Shown here: positions 1 to 8,628 of the stretch, in pieces
Layout of the letters: every line of letters starts with the position of its first letter
Position numbering within the stretch: position 1 is the stretch's first letter
NCBI GenBank assembly: GCA_025060395.1
Contig: JANXCC010000006.1
Coordinates: 7,298-71,297, forward strand
Origin: Candidatus Bipolaricaulota bacterium
GTDB lineage: Bacteria; Bipolaricaulota; Bipolaricaulia; RBG-16-55-9; DRXL01
Direction: 5' to 3'
Length of the DNA: 64,000 nt
The notes under the pieces: generated by a model
What the model saw: the letters and a program-made list of their open reading frames with translations, nothing else
Databases searched by the model: none
What the model was told of the DNA's origin: nothing
Translations under genes and position numbers: made by a program

Positions 1-1050
1 GAGTCAATTATCGTCAGAGAGATCAAGGGCGTTCAGGTGCACTCGCCCGACGGCTCGGTCTATGAACTCGGCGGCGACCGCGTCCGAGCCTATGTAATCG
101 ACCGAGATCGCTTCGATCAAAGCTTAGTCGAACGGGCCATAAAACTAGGCGTCACCCTCCAGACCGGGATGCGAGCTGTGACACTAGGCCCATACGAGAA
201 GGGCAAGCGCACGCTCATCGCCCGAACCCCAACCGGTGCTCGCGAGTCTCTCCAAGCCTCGGTGATTATCGGGGCGGATGGGCCTTATAGCTTGCTTGCC
301 CAGCAGGCTGGTCTGCCCCGCCCGAAGAAAGTCCTGCTGGGCTTACAGGCGCTTATCGCGACAACTCATCTCTCCCCTGAGGTGCGAGAGGACTTCGTCG
401 AGGTCTTCTTGGGACGGCGATGGGCTGCCAACTTCTTTGCTTGGTCTGTACCCGCTGCCCAAGGCACGGCACGCGTCGGCGTCGCCACCAATCTCCTCTC
501 CGAAGCCAAAGCTTGCTTCGAGCGTTTATGGAGAGAACGTCATAACTCTGGAGAGATCTTGTCGTATCAGTCTGGGATGATCCCTATCGGGCCAGCGGAG
601 CGCACCGTCACTGACGGGTTGCTTATTGTAGGGGACGCGGCTGGACAAGCAAAACCCACCAGTGGCGGCGGCATCTATACAGGAATGCTCTGCGGGAAAA
701 TCGCCGGTGGGATTGCAGCGCGCTGCGCGCTCACCGGCAAGACTCACGCCCAGTTTCTCTACGAGTACGAGAGCCGCTGGCGCGCCAAGCTAGAGCGCGA
801 ATTGCTGTTGGGATGGCACGCTCATCAAGTCCTCACCCAGCTCAGCGATAAGCAGAGAGCTCAGGTTCTTAAGCTCCTGACTGTGCCGGCGCTGCGCAAG
901 CTCATCGAGCGCTTCGGGGATATAGACTATCCCAGCAGGATCGCGCAGGAATTGTTGAAACGCCCAAGGCTATGGAACGCGGTCTGGCCGACCATCCCCA
1001 TAGGTTTTGTGCAATACGTCAAGAGTGTCGCGACAAGGGCCAGAATGTGA
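1..1050 (+). CDS. geranylgeranyl reductase family FAD-dependent oxidoreductase (5' end outside window)
   Basis: Frame 1 is open from base 1. The translation carries GGR/FixC-type motifs (IIGADGPYSLLAQ and LLIVGDAAGQAKPTSGGGIYTGM). TGA stop at 1048-1050. Confidence 0.8.
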   Translation, partial: ESIIVREIKGVQVHSPDGSVYELGGDRVRAYVIDRDRFDQSLVERAIKLGVTLQTGMRAVTLGPYEKGKRTLIARTPTGARESLQASVIIGADGPYSLLAQQAGLPRPKKVLLGLQALIATTHLSPEVREDFVEVFLGRRWAANFFAWSVPAAQGTARVGVATNLLSEAKACFERLWRERHNSGEILSYQSGMIPIGPAERTVTDGLLIVGDAAGQAKPTSGGGIYTGMLCGKIAGGIAARCALTGKTHAQFLYEYESRWRAKLERELLLGWHAHQVLTQLSDKQRAQVLKLLTVPALRKLIERFGDIDYPSRIAQELLKRPRLWNAVWPTIPIGFVQYVKSVATRARM

Positions 1051-1083
1051 TATACTCTTGAATATCTTGTGGGATGAGGGGGG

Positions 1084-1785
1084 ATGCTCATACTTATGGG
1101 TGATCTGTCTTCATGGACGTTAGCTGAGCGGGAACAAAAGAGCTTAGAGATCGTGCATCGGGCGTTGGCGGAGTTCGGCTTGGAGATGGCTGTAGCCTTC
1201 ACAGGGGGAAAGGACTCTCTCGTAGTGCTCGATCTGGTGCGACGGGCCGGAGAGGGGCGCGTCCCCATCCCCGTCCTCCATATCGACACAACGGTGGACT
1301 TCCCCGAGGTCTACGAATACCGTGATCGGCTCGCCCGGGAATGGGGCTTTCAGCTCATTGTCTATCAGAATAAAGAAGCCTTGGCCGAGGCCCCGCCCAC
1401 CGATGACCCACAGTTCTGCCTCTTCTGTACCAAGCGCCTCAAGACCGAGGCGCTCAACCAAGCTATTCAGAAATATCAGTGGCGCGCCTTGATCACGGGC
1501 GTGCGTTGGGATGAGCACCAGGCGCGCTCGCAAGAGCTCTACTTTTCTCCCAGATCCGATCATATGCGAGTGCATCCGATCTTGCACTTCCGTGAGCGCG
1601 ATGTTTGGGAGTATATCAAAAAATATCAATTGCCGTACTGCCCGCTCTACGACAAGGGCTATCGGAGCTTAGGCTGTGTGCCATGCACCAAACCCGTCTC
1701 GGATAGGAGCGTGCCGGAGCGTGCTGGGCGCGGCACGGACAAAGAGGGCTTGATGGAACGCCTCCGCGCCCTAGGGTATTTCTGA
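1084..1785 (+). CDS. PAPS reductase / CysD-like PP-loop family protein (short form)
   Basis: PP-loop motif FTGGKDSLVVLDL. LHIDTTVDFPEVYEYRDRLA and the C-terminal ERAGRGTDKEGLMERLRALGYF resemble CysD. Two CxxC pairs (CLFC, CVPC). GAGGGGGG Shine-Dalgarno before the ATG. Confidence 0.7.
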   Translation: MLILMGDLSSWTLAEREQKSLEIVHRALAEFGLEMAVAFTGGKDSLVVLDLVRRAGEGRVPIPVLHIDTTVDFPEVYEYRDRLAREWGFQLIVYQNKEALAEAPPTDDPQFCLFCTKRLKTEALNQAIQKYQWRALITGVRWDEHQARSQELYFSPRSDHMRVHPILHFRERDVWEYIKKYQLPYCPLYDKGYRSLGCVPCTKPVSDRSVPERAGRGTDKEGLMERLRALGYF

Positions 1786-1802
1786 ATCGCTAGCAAGTAG
1801 CA

Positions 1803-3986
1803 ATGAAGAGACAGAGAGCCCGGAGACAGAACACCTTCAGACTAGATCTCTGGAAGATTCTAGGGCGTCTCTTAACATGCGTGACACGCTTGGGCCAGCA
1901 GCTCCGGTCGTCAACGGCGTGGCGCAGCCTACGCTTCTGGCTTCTCGTCGCGCTCGTCCTTGCCATTCCCGTTGTAATCTATCTCCCCAATACCGAGTAC
2001 GGGTATACCAAGAGCGCCGTTTTCTACTGGGGTGTTTCGCTCCTGATCGTTCTGTGGGGTATAGAGGTAGCCATGCATGGGCGGATCGCGGTGACGCGAT
2101 TGGCCTGGCCGACGCTTGGGGTGCTCGGCGCGACGGCACTCTCGCTCAACAATGCTGAGAACCTCGCTCTCAGCCTTGTCAGTTTGATTGGGCTTATCTA
2201 CTACGGGGTTCTGGGCTTGCTCATCGTCAACACCGTCAAGAGCGAGCGAGATATAGAGATCTTGGTGGGAGCCGCGCTGCTCTCAGCATGCGTTGCATCT
2301 GCATACGGGCTTCTTCAGTACTACGGGAGAGCTGCCGGGCCACCGGGCTTTCCTGGAGGCAGCCTGGCGATGATCTCGACCTTCGGGAACCCCAATTATC
2401 TTGCAGGGTTCCTCTCGCACCTGCTTGTGCCCGGGATCTTTCTCTGTTTAGTGAGCCAGAATCGTTGGGCGAAGCTTGCCCTTCTCACGATCTTAATAAT
2501 CATGACAGCGGCGTTGGTCGCGGCGAATTCCGTAGGCGCATGGCTAGCTGCGCTCTTCTCTGTGATCTTCTTCTTTGCAGGGATACTTATCTTTCGCTTA
2601 GGCAGAGCGCTGCAGCGCCGTTGGGTGCTTGTCATCGTGATTCTCTTGGGACTGACCGTCTGGCTACAATCACCTCCTGGGCCGCTCAATACGTTGCTAG
2701 GCCATGCCACCCCGCTTGAGCCTTTTATCGAGAGAGTCACTCAGTTCTTCCAGCGCCTCTGGGAAGAGAACTCCGGGATCGCGCGCAGCTGGAACTGGTG
2801 GATCGCCTACGAGATGCTCAAAGACCACCCTTTCGTGGGTGTGGGGCTTGGGGACTACAAAGTCGAATTCTTAACTTATAAGGCGCGCTTCAAAGAGACC
2901 CCTCTGGGACAACAGTATAATTTCTATCTGCCCAGAGCAATCCAAGCGCATAACGATTACGTACAAGTGCTCGCCGAGCTAGGGCTGATTGGGCTACTAG
3001 CCGTGGGGTTCTTCGTCGGGACGCTTATCAAGAATGTACACGATTTTGTGCGCTCCTCTGAAGAACCTAAGCAACGCCTATGGGGTATCGCCCTCAGTGC
3101 AGGCTTGGTCGCCTTTGCTATAGATGCGCTCGTAAGCTTTCCTTTGCATCTGCCAGCATCCACGCTTAATCTTGTGCTCTTGATCAGTGCACTCTACACG
3201 CGACCGTTGCTCGGCTCAACTCCGACCATCGCGCTCAACGCGAAGACTCAGGTTGCCCTGAGTGCAACGGCCTTTACGGTGGCGTTGGTCATCTCGTTCT
3301 TGACGTACCGCGATTGGCAAGCTGATATCTATCTCGACCAGGGAGAATCGGAGATCAGGAGCTTACGCTACGAAGCGGCACGGCTTGCCCTAGAGCGAAG
3401 CGTCGCTCTTGCCCTGGCACCAGGAAAAGCTCTGTATTATCTTGGAGTTGTGTACGCGGAACGCGGGGAGCTTCAGCGTGCCCGCCAATACCTGGAGCAA
3501 TCCCTCAAGACTTATCCGACGGAGAACGCCTATATGCAGCTTGCTGAGATCGACCTGCACCTGGGAGAACCCCAACGCGCTCGTGAGCGCCTACACATGC
3601 TCTTACGCCTGGATCCAGAGCCCACCATGCGCTTGGAAGCCGAATTTATGCAACGTGTGCTCGTACCCTTAGCCCAGAGAGATTATGCGCTTGTGTGGGT
3701 TGAGCTTGAGAAGTTTTTGCGAGAATATCCTGAGTATCCTCGGGGATACCTCCTGCGCGGGATGTTGCTTAGCGAACGCGGCCAAAAAGAAGTAGCACGG
3801 GCTGCATTTGAGAGAGGCCTTCAGGCCATCGCTCAGCAGAAAGCGACTATTCTTGGACGCCTGGAGCAAATCAAGCGCAGCCGTCGGCTCCTCGATCCCG
3901 ATGAGCTCACTCGACTGCAAGCGCACGCCACTGCTCTCGCTCAAATGGAAGACCATCTCAAAGCGCTCCTAGCCCAGATACGTTGA
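1803..3986 (+). CDS. O-antigen ligase (Wzy_C)-like polytopic membrane protein with C-terminal TPR repeats
   Basis: Multiple predicted TM helices. Motif AHNDYVQVLAELGLIGL is typical of the O-antigen ligase domain. The C-terminal ~230 aa read as TPR-like repeats (ALYYLGVVYAERGELQRARQYLEQSL and similar). Confidence 0.7.
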   Translation: MKRQRARRQNTFRLDLWKILGRLLTCVTRLGQQLRSSTAWRSLRFWLLVALVLAIPVVIYLPNTEYGYTKSAVFYWGVSLLIVLWGIEVAMHGRIAVTRLAWPTLGVLGATALSLNNAENLALSLVSLIGLIYYGVLGLLIVNTVKSERDIEILVGAALLSACVASAYGLLQYYGRAAGPPGFPGGSLAMISTFGNPNYLAGFLSHLLVPGIFLCLVSQNRWAKLALLTILIIMTAALVAANSVGAWLAALFSVIFFFAGILIFRLGRALQRRWVLVIVILLGLTVWLQSPPGPLNTLLGHATPLEPFIERVTQFFQRLWEENSGIARSWNWWIAYEMLKDHPFVGVGLGDYKVEFLTYKARFKETPLGQQYNFYLPRAIQAHNDYVQVLAELGLIGLLAVGFFVGTLIKNVHDFVRSSEEPKQRLWGIALSAGLVAFAIDALVSFPLHLPASTLNLVLLISALYTRPLLGSTPTIALNAKTQVALSATAFTVALVISFLTYRDWQADIYLDQGESEIRSLRYEAARLALERSVALALAPGKALYYLGVVYAERGELQRARQYLEQSLKTYPTENAYMQLAEIDLHLGEPQRARERLHMLLRLDPEPTMRLEAEFMQRVLVPLAQRDYALVWVELEKFLREYPEYPRGYLLRGMLLSERGQKEVARAAFERGLQAIAQQKATILGRLEQIKRSRRLLDPDELTRLQAHATALAQMEDHLKALLAQIR

Positions 3987-4011
3987 CCTCCCCTCACTGA
4001 ACTATTACAAT
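3983..4011 (+). promoter_or_regulatory. putative sigma70-type promoter of secA (TTGACC-N17-TACAAT), with the -10 box 8 nt before the ATG
   Basis: TTGACC at 3983-3988, TACAAT at 4006-4011, ATG at 4020. No Shine-Dalgarno in between, so the mRNA is probably leaderless. The -35 box overlaps the upstream TGA stop. Confidence 0.45.
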
Positions 4012-4019
4012 AGAACGCC

Positions 4020-6584
4020 ATGGAGTTCCTCAAGCGCGCTGTCGACTGGATCTTCGGGGAGACCAACGAACAACGACTAAGAAGGCTCCAGCCCATCGTA
4101 GACGAGATCAATAGACTAGAACCGGAGATCCAAAAGCTCTCCGACGATCAACTCCGCGCCAAAACGGAAGAGTTTCGAGATAGGATCGCTCACGGGGAGA
4201 CGCTCGACGATATTCTCCCCGAGGCGTTCGCCGTCGTACGCGAGGCCGCCCGACGCACTATCGGGCTGCGTCCCTTCGACGTCCAACTCATGGGCGGGAT
4301 CGTCATCCATCAAGCTAAGATCGCCGAAATGAAGACTGGCGAGGGCAAGACCCTCGTCGCCACCATGCCCGCCTATCTGAATGCGCTCATCGGAAAGGTT
4401 CATATTGTCACAGTGAACGATTACCTGGCTAAGCGCGACCGGTACTGGATGGGCCCCATCTACGAAGCTTTAGGCCTGAAAGTCGGGTTACTCCAAGAGT
4501 CCAGTACCCATGAGGAACGCAAACACGCTTACCAGTGCGATATTATCTATGGAACCAACGCTCAATTTGGATTTGACTATCTCAGGGATAATCTTGTGAT
4601 CTCCCGCGATCAGCGAGTCCAGACAGAGCTCGATTTCGCGATCGTTGACGAGATCGACAATATCTTAATTGACGAAGCCCGCACACCGCTCATAATCTCT
4701 GGAAGCACTTCCGAAACGATCAAGCTCTATAAGAAATTTGCAGCGATTGCGCCGCGCTTTCAGAAGGGCATCGACTTCGAAATAGACGAGAAGGCACGGC
4801 GCGTGTATCTTACCCCAGAAGTCGGGGTCAAAAAAGCCGAAGAGATCCTAAAGATTGAGAATCTCTATGCGCCAGAGCATGTCGACCTGCTCAAACACTT
4901 GGAGACAGCGCTCCGCGCGCTCCATCTCTATAAGCGCGACCGAGACTATATCGTCAAAGACGGGCGCGTCATCATCGTCGACGAATTCACGGGACGCTTA
5001 ATGCCCGATCGTCGCTGGAGCGACGGACTCCACCAAGCTATAGAAGCCAAAGAAGGGCTCGAGATCCGCAAAGAGCAGCAAACGCTCGCGACGATCACGC
5101 TGCAGCACTACTTTAAGCTCTACAAGAAGCTCGCGGGCATGACCGGCACCGCCAAGACCGAGGAAGAAGAGTTTCGCCAGATCTATGGGCTGAGCGTCGT
5201 GGTCATCCCCACCCATAAGCCCATGATTCGGAACGATCTGCCCGACCGCCTCTTCACCACCGAAAAAGCGAAGTTTAATGCCATCGTTGAGGAGGTGGCC
5301 CGCCTCCACGAGCTCGGACGCCCTGTGCTCATCGGCACGACGTCTATAGATAAATCTGAGTATCTCAGCATGCTCTTGAGTCGCCGTGGCTTGCCTCATA
5401 ACGTGTTGAACGCCAAGCACCACGAGCGCGAAGCGGAGATCATTAAAGACGCTGGGCAGAAGGGCGCGATCACAGTCGCGACGAACATGGCCGGTCGCGG
5501 CGTCGATATTAAGCTTGGCCCTGGCGTCGCCGAGCTTGGGGGCCTACACGTCATTGGGGCGCAGCGCCACGAGAGCCGTCGCATTGACGATCAATTACGC
5601 GGGCGCGCCGGCCGCCAGGGCGATCCCGGCAGCTCCCAGTTCTATGTCTCCCTCGAAGATGACCTGATCAGACTCTTTGGCGACAGCAAGCTCCTAAACT
5701 TCGTCAAGAAGAACATGAAAGAAGGGGAAGCCCTCGAGCACCCTATGCTCACGCGCGCAATCCGCAACGCGCAAAAGCGCGTAGAAGCCTATTACTTTGG
5801 CATACGCAAGAGATTGCTCGAATACGATCTCGTCATGGCGCGCCAACGCGAGGCCATTTACAGCCTGCGCGATAGATTCCTACTCGGAGGCAACCAGATC
5901 GCCGAAGAGAGCGCCCAAGATCTCGATACTTATTTGATGGGCGTGCTCGAAGGGTATGCCGATACGCTCATCGCTCGCTACCTCTCAGGTCCAGACCGTG
6001 ACGACGAAGGGCTCCAGAAAGAACTCGCGAGCTTCCAGAATGCTCCCTTGGATTTCACGGTCGCTAATCTCGCCCCAGAAGCCGCACGCACCAAGATCAT
6101 CGATTTTCTTCTGAAAAACTATCACGCGCAGGCGACGCGGCTCGGCGGGGCATTCCCACAGATAGCTCGATATATGATCTTAAATCTTATCGATGAGAAC
6201 TGGCGCCAGCACCTCTTCGCCCTTGATGAACTCCAAGACGTCATTGGCTGGCGGGCCTATGCAGGACGCGATCCGTTGCTTGAGTTCAAGCGCGAATCGT
6301 TCCAGCTCTTCCAAGAACTCCTAGGGAGAATCGAAGAGCAGATCGTTAGCTACCTCATCAAGCCTCACTTGAAAATAGTAACGGCTCAGCCGGGACAACC
6401 CGCGCGCCTTGAGTCATTACATTACCGACATGACGAGATCACAACCCTGTCGGGGAATACCCCCACTGAGAAGCCTAAGGCCCAGCCACGCCGCGTCCCG
6501 CAGAAGGTCGGGCGGAACGATCCCTGTCCCTGTGGCTCTGGGAAGAAATACAAGCACTGCTGCGGCGCCCACAAGTCAACATGA
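4020..6584 (+). CDS. secA: preprotein translocase ATPase SecA
   Basis: Full-length SecA: KTGEGKTLVATMPAYLNAL, DEAD-like DEIDNILIDEARTPLIIS, and a C-terminal zinc-binding RNDPCPCGSGKKYKHCCG. Confidence 0.97.
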   Translation: MEFLKRAVDWIFGETNEQRLRRLQPIVDEINRLEPEIQKLSDDQLRAKTEEFRDRIAHGETLDDILPEAFAVVREAARRTIGLRPFDVQLMGGIVIHQAKIAEMKTGEGKTLVATMPAYLNALIGKVHIVTVNDYLAKRDRYWMGPIYEALGLKVGLLQESSTHEERKHAYQCDIIYGTNAQFGFDYLRDNLVISRDQRVQTELDFAIVDEIDNILIDEARTPLIISGSTSETIKLYKKFAAIAPRFQKGIDFEIDEKARRVYLTPEVGVKKAEEILKIENLYAPEHVDLLKHLETALRALHLYKRDRDYIVKDGRVIIVDEFTGRLMPDRRWSDGLHQAIEAKEGLEIRKEQQTLATITLQHYFKLYKKLAGMTGTAKTEEEEFRQIYGLSVVVIPTHKPMIRNDLPDRLFTTEKAKFNAIVEEVARLHELGRPVLIGTTSIDKSEYLSMLLSRRGLPHNVLNAKHHEREAEIIKDAGQKGAITVATNMAGRGVDIKLGPGVAELGGLHVIGAQRHESRRIDDQLRGRAGRQGDPGSSQFYVSLEDDLIRLFGDSKLLNFVKKNMKEGEALEHPMLTRAIRNAQKRVEAYYFGIRKRLLEYDLVMARQREAIYSLRDRFLLGGNQIAEESAQDLDTYLMGVLEGYADTLIARYLSGPDRDDEGLQKELASFQNAPLDFTVANLAPEAARTKIIDFLLKNYHAQATRLGGAFPQIARYMILNLIDENWRQHLFALDELQDVIGWRAYAGRDPLLEFKRESFQLFQELLGRIEEQIVSYLIKPHLKIVTAQPGQPARLESLHYRHDEITTLSGNTPTEKPKAQPRRVPQKVGRNDPCPCGSGKKYKHCCGAHKST

Positions 6585-6588
6585 GCGC

Positions 6589-6864
6589 TCACATCTGGAT
6601 CCCAAAGCCAGTGAACTCATCCAAGTAGTCCGACCAGATCACTTCGATGTGTTCGATCCGTCCTGGACCCTCGGTCTTGAGGATCTCCAGGAGCTTTTCA
6701 ATCTGGTCGCGTTCGCCCTCGATCTCGGCGCGCACGCTGCCATCCCGAAGATTCTGGACATACCCCGACAGCCCTAACGGCCGTGCCTTGCGCACCGTGA
6801 AGTTGCGAAATCCTACCCCCTGGACTTCCCCAGTGATGCGGACAATCGCTCGTGCCTTGGCCAT
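6589..6864 (-). CDS. acyP: acylphosphatase
   Basis: 91 aa with VRITGEVQGVGFRNFTVRKA, the acylphosphatase signature. Confidence 0.85.
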   Translation of the reverse strand: MAKARAIVRITGEVQGVGFRNFTVRKARPLGLSGYVQNLRDGSVRAEIEGERDQIEKLLEILKTEGPGRIEHIEVIWSDYLDEFTGFGIQM

Positions 6865-6870
6865 AAGACA

Positions 6871-6914
6871 TCACCCGCGTTCCCTTCTAGCATAAGGAGA
6901 AGGGACAGGGGTGA
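6871..6914 (-). other. nested inverted repeat between the rny stop and the acyP start (possible RNA stem-loop)
   Basis: tcaccc (6871-6876) pairs with gggtga (6909-6914). cccttct (6882-6888) pairs with agaaggg (6898-6904). No U-tract follows. Confidence 0.3.
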
Positions 6915-6918
6915 GGGA

Positions 6919-8463
6919 TCACTTCGCTGTCTCAACGAACTTCGTCTCCCGGATCACATGGACTTTGATCTCCCCAGGATATTGGATCTTCTCCTCAATG
7001 CACCGCGCGATATCATACGAGAGCTTTGCGGCCATATCGTCGTCGACTTCGTCGGGCCGGACTATGACACGCACTTCACGTCCTGCTTGGATCGCGTAAG
7101 CTTCCTCGACGCCGGGGAAGCTGTGACAGATCTCCTCGAGCGCCTGGAGCCGCTGCACGTACGCCTCGAACGTCTCTTGCCGTGCTCCAGGACGAGCTGC
7201 GGACAACGCATCCGCTGTTTGCACGATCACCGCCAGGATCGTGCGCGCTTCGACGTCTTCATTGTGGGCAGCGATAGCATGAACGACTTCCTCTGGTTCG
7301 CCGTAGCGTCGCGCCATCTCAGCCCCGATGAGGGCATGAGGTCCTTCGACCTTGTGATCGACGACCTTCCCGATATCGTGCAAGAGCCCGGCACGCTTGG
7401 CAAGCTTTTGCATGTTGACATCGAGGCCGAGCTCCGCTGCCAGAGCCCCCGCTATATACGCGACTTCTATGCTGTGGCGCAGCTGATTCTGCCCATAGCT
7501 TGTGCGAAAGCTGAGGCGCCCCACCAGCTCAACCAGCGCTGGATGCATATTGTCGAGCCCCAGCTCAAACAAGGCCTTTTGCCCCTCTTCTTTGATGCGC
7601 TGGGCAATGCGCTCTTTAGCCTTGTCGACTTGCTTTTTGATCTGAGCCGGATGAATCCGCCCATCCTCTAAGAGCTTCTCCATAGCCAGCCGTGCGATCT
7701 CTCGGCGAACCGGATGGAAACAGCTTAACGAGATCGCATCAGGGGTATCGTCGACTAAGACCTCAACCCCGGTCAGGGCTTCGAACGCCCGAATATTCCG
7801 CCCCTCCTTACCGATCACGCGCCCTTTGTACTCTTCATTGGGCAACGGCACATGGCTCATCGTGGTTGACTCCACCTCGTCTGCGGCATAGCGCTGGATC
7901 GCCGTGGCGATGATCTTGCGCGCTTCGCGTTCGGCCTCGGCCTCGGCACGCTCTTTGATCTGTCTGATTCTCTTGGCGAAGAAGCGCTCCGCTTCCTCCT
8001 CAACTTGCTGGATGAGCAACTCTTTCACCTGCTCCGCAGACAGTCCTGAGAGCTCTTCTAATCGTTTGCGCTCCTCAACAAGCAAGGCCTCGCCCTGAGC
8101 AATGAGCTCACCTAACCTTTGCAAATCGTCCTTAAGCAATTTCTCAGCGCGCAGGAGCTCGATACCCTTTTGTTCAAGGCGCTCTTCTTTCTTGAGCAGG
8201 CGTGCTTCGAGCCGTTCAAGCTTCTCCTCCTGGCGCTTGAGGCGTCGCTCTCCTTCCTCCTCACGGGCCTTGAGGGCCTTCTCGGCCTCGGCCAGTTTGG
8301 CCGCTTTGAGAGCCTCGGCCTCGTGACGAGCCGCTTCCAAGATCTCTTCCGCACGCTGATGGGTCCGCGCATACTCCCGCCGTATCTGCCAGCGCCCCAC
8401 CAGCCACCCTATCGCTAGCATCACTATTCCAAGTCCCACCGTAAGTGCCAAAGCCATCGTCAT
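6919..8463 (-). CDS. rny: ribonuclease Y
   Basis: N-terminal TM helix, long coiled-coil, KH domain (GRVIGKEGRNIRAFE) and HD domain (LLHDIGK). Start chosen at ATG 8463 (MTMALALTVG), which has GAGGTGG 7 nt upstream; the track ORF extends to 8505. Confidence 0.9.
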   Translation of the reverse strand: MTMALALTVGLGIVMLAIGWLVGRWQIRREYARTHQRAEEILEAARHEAEALKAAKLAEAEKALKAREEEGERRLKRQEEKLERLEARLLKKEERLEQKGIELLRAEKLLKDDLQRLGELIAQGEALLVEERKRLEELSGLSAEQVKELLIQQVEEEAERFFAKRIRQIKERAEAEAEREARKIIATAIQRYAADEVESTTMSHVPLPNEEYKGRVIGKEGRNIRAFEALTGVEVLVDDTPDAISLSCFHPVRREIARLAMEKLLEDGRIHPAQIKKQVDKAKERIAQRIKEEGQKALFELGLDNMHPALVELVGRLSFRTSYGQNQLRHSIEVAYIAGALAAELGLDVNMQKLAKRAGLLHDIGKVVDHKVEGPHALIGAEMARRYGEPEEVVHAIAAHNEDVEARTILAVIVQTADALSAARPGARQETFEAYVQRLQALEEICHSFPGVEEAYAIQAGREVRVIVRPDEVDDDMAAKLSYDIARCIEEKIQYPGEIKVHVIRETKFVETAK

Positions 8464-8599
8464 ACAAACGCCACCTCTTCGCAGCAGAATAGAGAGAGAG
8501 CGCAAGGAGCAGCACGAGCTCGTATATCACCACTCTCATCATCTGCATTGGCCTCCTATGCGCTTGTGGGTTTTTCAGCTCTATACCCACTCGGGTGCT

Positions 8600-8628
8600 A
8601 TTATAGCTGGGACTGCGCAGGGAATCAA
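8600..8628 (-). promoter_or_regulatory. putative promoter of rny (TTGATT-N17-TATAAT)
   Basis: On the minus strand, TTGATT is at 8628-8623 and TATAAT at 8605-8600. The -35 box overlaps the stop codon of the MMPL gene. This implies a leader of roughly 130 nt. Confidence 0.45.
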
